Positions 13,101-29,102 of a DNA stretch of 29,102 nt are shown here, piece by piece. This DNA comes from Salpingoeca rosetta (lineage: Eukaryota; Protista; Choanoflagellata), in the NCBI GenBank assembly GCA_033442325.1, contig JAWQFM010000008.1, forward strand, positions 1,974,610-2,003,711, written 5' to 3'. Below the pieces are notes generated by a model that was not told where the DNA came from, searched no databases, and saw only the letters and a program-made list of their open reading frames with translations. Both the position numbers and the translations under genes were made by a program. Position 1 is the stretch's first letter, and each line of letters starts with the position of its first letter.

Positions 13101-15214
13101 ACCAGCAGCAGCGGTATGGGTGGCAGTCTGATGGTGCTGATCACGCGGGACCCGTGCCCGTGATCGGTGTTGGCGATGGCGACGTTGGTGGCGACGATGC
13201 GTTGCGCCCTGCACCGCTGTGGTCGCCTCACACCACAGCAGCACCACCGCCGCCGCCGCCCATGATGGCGCTGCATGGCGACGACGACGGCGCGATCACC
13301 AATGACGAGGACTTGATCCGCGCGTGTGCACGGGACTTGGCGGCGGCGCGGCGGTCTGCAAACATCGGGGTTGTTGTTGCCAACACGCACGCGCGCGCAG
13401 CTGGCAGCGTTGCTGACCCACAACAACAACAGCAGCAGCCAGACGTGCACGTGCACCCCTCGCGTTACTTACACCTGCAGATGACCGGCGACGGCAGCTC
13501 TTTGTCGCTGGAGCAGCTGTGCACAGACATCACACCCGTCCTGCCGCGCCGTGCTATTCCGGCACGCAGCGAGCGGCAGCACAGCACCCAGCGGTACGAG
13601 CAAGGCAGTGACGCTGTTGGCCCTGCTGTGTCTCATGCACAGCAACACGAGTCATCGTCATTATCACCACTTGTGCGTGGTGGGGAGTGGTCATCGCCGG
13701 GCAGTTCGCCGGGTGACGGCAGCACGACCGCCAGCACCACACCGCCACAGGGCCATACGCCGCGCTCACATGCTGACGATGATGACAACGACGATGACAA
13801 CGACGACATTGCTCATGATGGCGACACGAGTGGCGGTTCTAGTGCACAGGGTCACGTGCACGCTCACGCCAGCCCGCGCGAATCGCACCAGCCACCGCGC
13901 ACCGCTGCGCCGGCCGTGCCCTGCGCGCCCGCTTCATCTCCCCTGGCGCGGGCATGCACAACAGCGTCTCCAACGTCACAACTTCCGCCACCACAGGAGC
14001 AGCAGCAGCAACAGCAGCAGCAACAGCAGTCGTTGTGGAGTGCTGATGATGCGCGCAATGAACAGCGGGAGCTGTTGGCCGCATGTGCGTCTGCGAGCGC
14101 TGTGGAACGCGGTGCCATCTTCACTGCCCTCTTGCAACTCGAGTCGGCAGCATCATTATCCTCATCACCATCATCATCGTCGTCGCCGTCGTCAGCATCG
14201 CCATCAGCGCGTGGAGCGATCGCGATCGCGACCACGAACACAACGCCGTCGTCGTCGTCCGCGCCCTCTCCGCAACAGATCGGCGACGACGAACCCACAG
14301 CCCGTGGTGGTGATCGTGGTGATGGCCCTCGTGCTGGTGATGGTGCGGGTGTGCGCGCGTTCCTGCGTGCCATTCCCTCCGGCGAGCTGCTGTGCGTGGC
14401 CGGCCCCCGTGGCGAGACGCTGCTACACATGGCGTGCGAGGCGCAGTGCATGCCTGCGGTGCGTGTGCTGCTTGCGGATGCGGTGCGAGCGTCGGCGCTG
14501 CTTGCGACGAGAGATGACGACGGCCGCACGCCGCTGCACATTGCCGCGTCCGTCGGCTTTGAGCCCGGTGTCGAGGCCATCCTCAGCCTCAGGACCCCGC
14601 AGCCCAGGCCCGGTGCTGCTCGTGGCGCCCGCGGTGCTCGTGGTGGTGTTCACAGCAGGGATGGCAACAAGGGGCAGCGAGGTGGGCCATCAGCTGATGT
14701 TGATGTTGATGTTGAAGTTGACGTTGATGCTGCGGACAGCACCGGTGCGTCGCCGCTGATTGCGTGTGTGCGGCAGCGCCAGTTGCGGTGTGCCAAGCTG
14801 CTGCTGCGGGCGGGCTCGAACCCGGACCATCGCGACGTGCGCGGGTGGGCGGCCGTGCACTGGGCGGCCGTGCAGAACGACGCGAGCGGCGTGAAGCTGC
14901 TGTTGGCGTACCGTGGCGACATCAACATCAAGACCAACAACAGCCAGACGCCGCTGCACCTTGCCACGCGCGAGGGCAACGTGAAGGTGGTGCAGCTGCT
15001 GTTGAGCAGATTTGCCAAGCGGCACGTGGAGGACGCGTTTGGGCAGACGCCCGCGGGCCTGGCGCGCGAAATGAAGGACACAGCTGTTTTGCAGGCGTTT
15101 TCGTCCACCACCTCTGTGTCTGGTCGTGGTGGCCAGGCCCTGCGCAGCAAGCGGCCCGCTGCCCCCAAGATGCCGCTGCTGCGACGCGGCAGTGGCGGCG
15201 GCAGCACAGCGTGA
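9611..15214 (+). CDS. Notch-like single-pass receptor, ~1749 aa: signal peptide, EF-hand pair, EGF, TNFR-like Cys repeats, Thr/Ser stalk, 2 LNR, NOD/NODP-like, TM, low-complexity linker, ankyrin repeats
   Basis: Exon 1 9611-9840 (|GTGAGT) and exon 2 10195-15214 (GCAG|), phases match, 5250 nt. Signal peptide MSARHLAAALVLVAAVLWSAAISCQA. EGF at ~10361-10444, 10454-10570, 11039-11125. LNR PWHAC...DGVCDPSCNTAACVFDGDDC (11222-11326) and second LNR (11345-11440). RARR at 11714-11725. TM at ~11960-12025 followed by KGAKRR. Ankyrins GETLLH, GRTPLH, GASPL, AVHWAA, QTPLHLATREG, GQTPAGLA (~14400-15100). Confidence 0.92.
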
Positions 15215-15619
15215 TGCCAGCGTGTTTGTATGTATGCGTGCGTATGTGTTTGGAAGCGTGTGCGAATATGGTTGACGATTGTATGTGTGTGCACGTATGT
15301 TTGACGTGTTGGCATTTGTGGAAGTGTTGTTTTTTGAAGTGATGTGTTTGTTGGGTTGGTTCTGACAGCGTGTGCACAGTGACTGTGTATGTGCAAGAGC
15401 TGGTGTTCCGGGGGGGGGGGTTGTTCAGTGCTCTTTCTTGCGGTAGCTATCTTGGGTGGTTTGTTGGATTGCGGTATTCTTATGCAGCAGTGGTGGAGAT
15501 GACATGGTGTTCTGCTTCTTTATTTGACGTCTTAACTGATGAATGAACACGATGACATGAAATGATACAACTTCTTACACGCACGTGTGTGTGTGTGTGC
15601 GCGTGCGTGTAGGTGTGCG

Positions 15620-15666
15620 TGAGCGTGAGTACTTTTTCGTTGTGCACCTGTGCAGATGGCTGTCCG

Positions 15667-15751
<85 letters not shown>

Positions 15752-15800
15752 CGTGAGTGCTTTTGGGTTGTGCGCCTGTGCAGATGGCTGTCTGAGGTGT
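15620..15800. repeat. Local tandem duplication: ~52-bp unit repeated on either side of a (GT)n tract
   Basis: gagcgtgagtactttttcgttgtgcacctgtgcagatggctgtccgaggtgt (~15620) versus gagcgtgagtgcttttgggttgtgcgcctgtgcagatggctgtctgaggtgt (~15749). Confidence 0.85.
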
Positions 15801-15845
15801 CTGTGAACAAGAGCACGCCTTCCTTTGCGTCCACCATCTCTGCAT

Positions 15846-17797
15846 CTATTCGACGAGTGAGGCAAGAACGCGGCGGGGTCCATCAAACGCGCGGCGTGCG
15901 TGCATGACGAGGTAGTTGTCAAGCAGCGCAACGTCGCCCGGCTGCCACTCCAACTCAACGGCTGCATCCTCGCACATGGCCTTGATGTCAAGCAGGACCT
16001 GCGCCAAGGGGGGGGGGGCAGCAGCCGTGTGAGGTACAAATGATGGGCTGGGAATGGTAATGCAGCAATGGTACAGCGCACAGGTGCACAGGGGGCAGAC
16101 AGGAAGGTAACAAACAAAAAGGCACACAGGCTTTGAGAGCACGTTTACAAACACAAACACACACGCGCGCACACATTCACACACACACACACACACACAC
16201 GCGCACATTCACATGCACATTCACACACACGCGCACAAACAAACACACAAACAAACAAACAAGCACACACACACGCACACAAACAAACACACAAGCAAAC
16301 AAACAAGCACACACACACACACGCACACAAACACACACATACACACACACACGCGCGCACACACACAAACACAGAGCACGGCACACCTTGTATGGCATGG
16401 GCTCGTCGTCACCGAAGCAGATGAACCGTGCAAGGCGCTTGTCACTGCTCTCGCTGTCCCCACTGTCTGCTGTGCCGCTGAACTCGGACGCATTGGCGAT
16501 GGTGGCAACAATCTGGTTAAAGAACACCACCTTGTCCGTGCCGGGCGCTGTGCGGATGCCCTTGAGCACGGGCGACGTTGCTGCCAGCGTGTCGTCCTCC
16601 AGCCACCTCCACGTGTATCCGAGCTCGCGCATGTGCTCCTCCACGGCCTCCTTCGTGTCGCGCCCGAAGAACGACTTCCAGCTGCGGCCGGCGCCCTTGG
16701 ACGTGTCCTGCTGCGCGGCCATGTACGACGTGTACTTGACGCCGTGCTCCTCCAGGTGCCGGTAGAACTCGGGGTGCTTCTCCTTGACGCGCTGGCACAC
16801 GATGTCCGAGGGGCAGACGGCCGTGCCTCCGCCAGTCGTTGCGGGGCGCTCGCAGAAGAAGAACAGCTTGCTTGGCCAGTACGGTGTCTGCGCTTGCTCA
16901 TGATGAAACACCTGTTATGTGTCCGTCGAGGGAGAGGTTGAGGTAAGCGTGGGTGAGGGGAGTGCGGGTGAGCAAGGGTGGGTGAAGGGGCAAGCGTAAG
17001 CAAGGGAACTGTGTGATGAAGAAGACCATGAGGCGACCGTGTGGTGACTAAGGCAACAGAAGGGATGGAGGAGCATGTACGCGAAGCACAGCCACTGTCG
17101 CGTATCATGGGTAAAACGTACCTGGCCACCTTTCTTTCCCTCGTTTGTGGTGCACACGCGGTCTGTGACTTGGATGCGAACGGCAAAGGACAGGGATCGG
17201 GAGTATGGCAAGTCCTTGTAGCTACACAAGTGGGGTGGCGAAGGAGAGCATCAAAGCAGTTGGAATGACAGCAGGTGAGACAAGAGACGTTGTGGGACTG
17301 GGGGGGGGGAAGTAAGAGTTGCTGGGTGATACACGTGTTGATGCGGGTGTTGATGCGGGTGTTGATGCGGGTGTTGATGCGGGTGTTGATGTGGGTGTTG
17401 ATGCAGGTGTTGATGTTGAAGTCGGATGGACGCTGGCACGCCAAGTGACATCAATGGCGTTCGAACGTTCGATGAAACGCACAAAAGATGCGACCATCCT
17501 CCCAGTGTACCTTTGGAAGCTGCACACGAACGAGTCAAAGTGCTGGGCGGTGGTGAGCGGGAAGCCGCGGAACAAGATGGCGCCGTGGTGCTTGAGCTTC
17601 TCCTCCAGCGTGCTCTGGTTCTTTTTGATCCACTCACAGACCCCGTCCATAGTCACGGCTGCTGGCTGATGTGTGCACTTGACAACAAGCGGCACCGCCA
17701 CGTCGTTGAATGTCCGCTGCTGCGGTGGTGCCAGCGAGCCTACCTCGCCAAGCTCCCCAATCATCTCCTTGCTGCGCTTGCTTTCTTGCTGAGCCAT
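15846..17797 (-). CDS. TauD/TfdA-family Fe(II)/2-oxoglutarate dioxygenase, clavaminate-synthase-like, 4 exons, ~354 aa
   Basis: Exons 17797-17511, 17221-17122, 16911-16387, 15998-15846 (1065 nt). Motifs: HHGAILFRGF, FHHEQAQTPYWPSKLFFFCE (HxE iron ligands), GGGT, VFFNQI, WQPGDVALLDNYLVMHARRAF (distal His), RRVLASL. Alternative in-frame ATG at 17893. Confidence 0.92.
17335..17418. repeat. 12-bp minisatellite (GTGTTGATGCGG)n in intron 1 of the dioxygenase gene
   Basis: About 7 near-perfect copies visible. Confidence 0.9.
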
Positions 17798-17901
17798 GGC
17801 GACGGTTGGTTCAAGGGTCAGTGGACTGACTGCTTTGCTGGTTGGTGTTTGTATTTGACCGCTCGAGGGTGTGCAACACGGAATAGTGGCCATTTCTTAC
17901 A

Positions 17902-22838
<4,937 letters not shown>

Positions 22839-22856
22839 ACCGCAAGCAACCAAACA

Positions 22857-24446
<1,590 letters not shown>

Positions 24447-24451
24447 ACGCG

Positions 24452-24532
<81 letters not shown>

Positions 24533-24816
24533 TGTGCCTGTGTACATACGCTTGCTCTTGTGCAATGTCATGTGTGTGCGTGTGCTCGGTTGTGGGTACG
24601 GAAGCACCTGCCGCTGACGACCAATATGAGGCTTTATTGAGTCTCTTATCCGACCACTTGGCATCTGCTAATGTAAATTAAACGAGCCCCCAGTGAAACA
24701 GCACCAAGCGCTGTCGAACTAAACACACACACACCCCCGCACGCACACACACACACGCACACACGCACGCACACAATCTCTCTCTCTCTCTCTGTCTAGC
24801 CCGCAACCTCTCCGTG

Positions 24817-26024
24817 CTAGCTCACCAAACTGTAAATCAGAAAAGAAAAGAGTGCTCCCGCATAGCCTGCCGCCTGCATGCACGACACGTGTTCACCCAA
24901 GAGCATCGAGCACAGCAGAACAAATGCGCCTCCCCGAATGGCCACCAGAATCTGCACAAACACACACCCGCACGCATATGTGTGTGTGTGTGTGTGAGCA
25001 GAGGCGATTATGACATGCCGTTTGGTGTTGTGGTGCGCAGCAGTGATCACGACAGGAGGCCACGACAAGAGACCAGCACCACATACAAGTGCGTACCTTG
25101 AGGTTAAGCGTGCTTGTTGTTTTGATGACGAGAAACGCGGCATAGTTGACGGCGGTACCTAGCACGACGGCGACAACAAAGGGGGTGGGGTTGTTCAGGA
25201 CCAACTGCCCGACTGGTGTGTAGTCATGACACCAGGGAGTGGAGTAGGTTAGGAAGGCGACAAATGCACTTGATGGGGCAACGTGCAACAGTGACGTACA
25301 ACATACATGTGTGTGTGTGTTTTTTTTGTGTGTGTGAACAGAAACACGACCATGAATACGTGTATGTGTGCACCAGCGCTCTCCCCATGGCTACAGACCT
25401 TCGTGTGTAAGCATGGGCCTTGCTTCAACAGCTAGGATGGTGACGAGAGACCACAGTGATCTGTTGCGTCGATTCATGCGAGGACCGTGTTCGTGCAGAC
25501 AAACAGAGCAGAACGCACACGCATGTGGTGAGAACGGGGAGAGGGGGGGGGGTTGGCCACGGGGACGAACGTTGAGGTCGAGTACGGAGGGCGTTCATAT
25601 TCCACCCATCAAGACACCATGACAGCGTTCTGGGTTGGTGCGCACATGTTTACACATGCGTTAACACTCACATGCACGCGCACACACGCACACACACAAG
25701 CACACACGCACACACACACACACACATTCGGAAGCTTACGTTGCAGGGCCGATGTAGTAGAGGCTCTCGATGACGTTGAATCGGGCGACGCCGCTGAAGA
25801 GCTGCTGCGTGACCATCATCTTGATGGATTCCGTCAGCACAGACAGCATCATGATGGCGAACCCAACAGCAGAGAAGTCCGCCTCCCCAAACACTGATGG
25901 CACATGTACAGGTCATGAGCGGCGAGGGAACAGACACGTGCATTCACACAGAGCTACATGGTACGTGCGAGAGAGAGAGAGAGCGTGTGTGTGTTTGTGT
26001 GCGTGTGCTTTGTGTGTTTGTGTT

Positions 26025-26095
<71 letters not shown>

Positions 26096-26955
26096 CTGGT
26101 GGATTGACAGACCGGCAACGGTGGAGAATCCGGTGATGCCAAGAACAGCGGCGATGCGTGGCGGTGTGGGTGAGACGAGCCCAGCGAGCCACAGGAACAG
26201 CAGCGTCAGTGCAGGCGCAAACGACTGTGGCAAAAGGAGGAGATGTAAGCGGAATTGAGGATGAGCAAGATTGATCGCAATCCTTGTGCCTCTCAATATG
26301 TGAACATCCACAGCACATACGCATACACACACCGCATGCACATATACACACACAACGCGCGCGCACATGCCTTGAGGACTTGTATGAATGACATGGAAAG
26401 ATAGAGCAGTGCTGCATTCCCAAAGCTGAAGAAGACGACATAAAGAGCGTGGCAGATGATGAGTACGGGTCCATGTTCTGCATGATTCGAGTCGGCACGC
26501 CTGCATCATACCCACACGAACAAATACAGGCTCAGGCACAAGTACAGGCACGCGCACGCGACGTACCATATTGAGAGGGCACCAAAGAGGCCAACGGGCA
26601 TGACGCGCCACAGGTAAAACTCGGATGTGACCGTTTGCGCGTGAGGCAGCTCCATCTGACGAGCAACAGTGGTGATGGTGGTTGTGTGTGATGCTCTATG
26701 AGTGAACTGCGATTCAATCCACAGAGTCACATGTCTCATACTGCAGCGATGCGAAACATGTGCAGCGTCCGAACATCAAGTACCTTGCGCACGTGTACAA
26801 TCATGTGCGTCAGCAACGTTGCTGCAAGCGTCCCGGCAGTGCCAACCGTAACAGGAAACCGAAAGTTGAGGTCCTACAAGACGCGCCATCCGTCAGCGTG
26901 AGAGTGAAAGGTGAGATCGGATCAAACCCCTCTTTCAACAAGGCGCGCGCGCGTG

Positions 26956-27051
<96 letters not shown>

Positions 27052-27318
27052 ATAGGACAGATGGTACCGCGCGGGGGCACGTGTTGCTTCCATGATTGTT
27101 AAAACGAAATAAACACAGCGGTACACAGCAGTACCAAGAGGTAACACATCACAGCTTACCCGAACAAGGTACTTGTTGATGACGGTGACTGCCGGTCCCA
27201 GGATCATGAACAGCGTACAGGCAAAGACGGCTGGCCAACTGCGTGCATACGCATGTGACCGGGGTGGCGGTGGTGGTTTGAATGTGTGAGAAGAAGCATG
27301 TATGCACACGCACACACA

Positions 27319-27380
<62 letters not shown>

Positions 27381-27614
27381 TGCAGAAGTGTCAAGCACCC
27401 TGCATGCGCAGATTGGGTCGTACATGGTCTGCTTCTCTTGTTTGGTCGTGGGGATGTTGTTTTGCACGTCCGCGTCATGGGAGGAACTTGGGTTGTTGTT
27501 CTTGAGATCGGTGTCGTGAAGCAACAGGATCTCTTCCTCTTTGCGCTTCATCCCACGCCCTTGCTCTGACTGCGACCTTCTGCGATCATCATCGCCATCG
27601 TCACCGTCGTGCAT
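24817..27614 (-). CDS. Triose-phosphate-transporter / SLC35-family (nucleotide-sugar or sugar-phosphate) transporter, ~10 exons
   Basis: Exons approx. 27614(or 27551)-27424, 27238-27160, 26873-26784, 26655-26567, 26425-26371, 26224-26113, 25893-25740, 25460-25399, 25212-25097, 24951-24817. Motifs: INKYLV..LNFRFPV, VMPVGLFGALSI, FGNAALLYLSMSFIQVLKSFAP, GEADFSAVGF, SLYYIGP, NYAAFLVIKTTSTL, GYA. About 10 hydrophobic segments. Start codon uncertain. Confidence 0.88.
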
Positions 27615-27711
27615 GTTGGTAGCTCAACACGTTCCCACCCACCAACAACCAACAACCGTCCTGTCTTGCGGAAAATTGACGCAAATCTTCGTCGATCTTC
27701 TACAATGGTGG

Positions 27712-27757
27712 TGCGTGTGTGTGTGTGTGTGCGTGCGTGTGTGTGTGTGTATGCGTG

Positions 27758-27801
<44 letters not shown>

Positions 27802-27848
27802 CGTGTGTGTGTGTGTGTGTCTGTTTGGTGTGTGTGTGTGTCTGTTTG

Positions 27849-27878
<30 letters not shown>
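27712..27878. repeat. Compound (GT)n microsatellite upstream of the transporter gene
   Basis: Direct inspection. Representative of the many TG/CA tracts in the window (e.g. 2013-2090, 6406-6517, 10032-10098, 23419-23582, 24454-24526, 26957-27050, 29039-29087). Confidence 0.95.
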
Positions 27879-27881
<3 letters not shown>

Positions 27882-29037
27882 ATTGGATGGGGCTGGCGTG
27901 TGGTTGACGATGCTTCGCTGTCAAGCTCATCCCCTCCATTCTCTACCATCTTGCGTCTGTGCACACACAATTCACAGCGTTGAGGAGGCGCATGAAGCGA
28001 TGGAACCAACGAGGATGACGATGACGAGTGATGGAGGTGAGAGGCCGACTGAGATGTGTGTGTGTGCGTGCATGTTGGTTGACATGTTGTGTTTCCTTCT
28101 TCGCCTCCCTCTTTCCTTGTCTGTTATGTCCACTCATGTGCCTTTTTCTTCTTCCCCCTTTTTCGATTGATTTTGACGCAGGGCCATGCATCCCGCTTCC
28201 ATCCATTCAACCGACCAACCAAACAGCCGAGCGAGCGAGCAAAGGACACGGCATGGCATGGGGCCGTTTGTTTTCACCGTTTCCACCACCAGCAACAACA
28301 GCAACAACAGCAGCAAGAGCCGATGTGTGGCTGCATTTTGGATGAACTGGCCCTCTGTCTCTCGTCCATCTCCTCCTCATCCTGTCGTCGTCATTGGTCA
28401 TCAACAGCAGCGGCTGCTGCCGTGGATGTGGAGGTGAGATGAATGGCGGTGGTTGTGGTGATGACGTGGGTGGTGTGTGATGTGTTGGGTGTGAACATCA
28501 GCATGTATATGTGTGTGATTGTGCGGTGCTGGTTGGATGTCCTTGGGTCTGTTGGTGGTGGCAATGGATGTTGTTGTCGTTGATATCCTGATTCTGTGAC
28601 AACTCACCTCTTTCTCCACACGCATATACATACAGGGTGTGATGTGCGTCGGTGTGCTGTTGCCTCGCGTGACGACGATGGTGGTGGTGGTGAGTGATTT
28701 GTGGTGGATGTGGACGGCGCACGCACACGCATGTGTAGATGTGCTGCTTGTGGTGGTGGTCGTGGTGGTGTGTGTCTGTGTTTGGAATGTGCGTGCACAG
28801 GTGGTGATGTGGGTGTTGTGGGTGACAAAGGAGGTGGATGTGGTTTGTTTCTGCCATGCTGGCTCACTGCGTCGCGTCATTCTTGCTTACTTGATTGTTT
28901 GTGCTTGCGCACGTGTACATGTGTGTGATTTGCACAGGGCGGTGGCCGATCTCTTCCCAAGCCCTCATGACACGAGCAGGGCGACGCACGCACACACAAG
29001 TGTGCCAGAGAAGAAGGCGCAAGGTGAGACGCTGCCG

Positions 29038-29090
<53 letters not shown>

Positions 29091-29102
29091 GTGAAGGGTG
29101 GA

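Noticed and set aside
27615-29102. Many short ORFs and possible splice sites (e.g. CAG 28937, GTGAG 29024) at the window end
   Set aside because: Low-complexity sequence with no coherent exon chain or domain. It may hold 5' exons of a gene beyond the window, but this cannot be supported here.

Overview
Intron-dense, microsatellite-rich eukaryotic genomic DNA. Short GT-AG introns packed with (TG)n/(CA)n tracts, GC-rich exons and a Notch-type receptor suggest a choanoflagellate such as Salpingoeca (inference, not a database result). Eight spliced genes were reconstructed by hand: ARL5 (-), RPL22 (+, middle lost in a 259-N gap), LSG1 (-), a ~1749-aa Notch-like receptor (+), a TauD/clavaminate-synthase-like dioxygenase (-), API5 (+), a secretory-pathway sulfotransferase (+) and a TPT/SLC35-family transporter (-). 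Most ORFs in the track are microsatellite artefacts. The main finding is the Notch-like receptor. It has EGF repeats, 2 LNR, NOD/NODP-like halves split by an RARR furin site, a TM helix, a RAM-like region lacking the WFP motif and Notch-type ankyrins, plus an unexpected extracellular EF-hand pair and TNFR-like Cys repeats. Other points: LSG1 lacks its G1-G3 GTPase core as assembled, the sulfotransferase starts in frame 18 nt after the API5 stop, and intronic TG/CA tracts are polarised. Homologue comparisons are from memory and need confirming by alignment.
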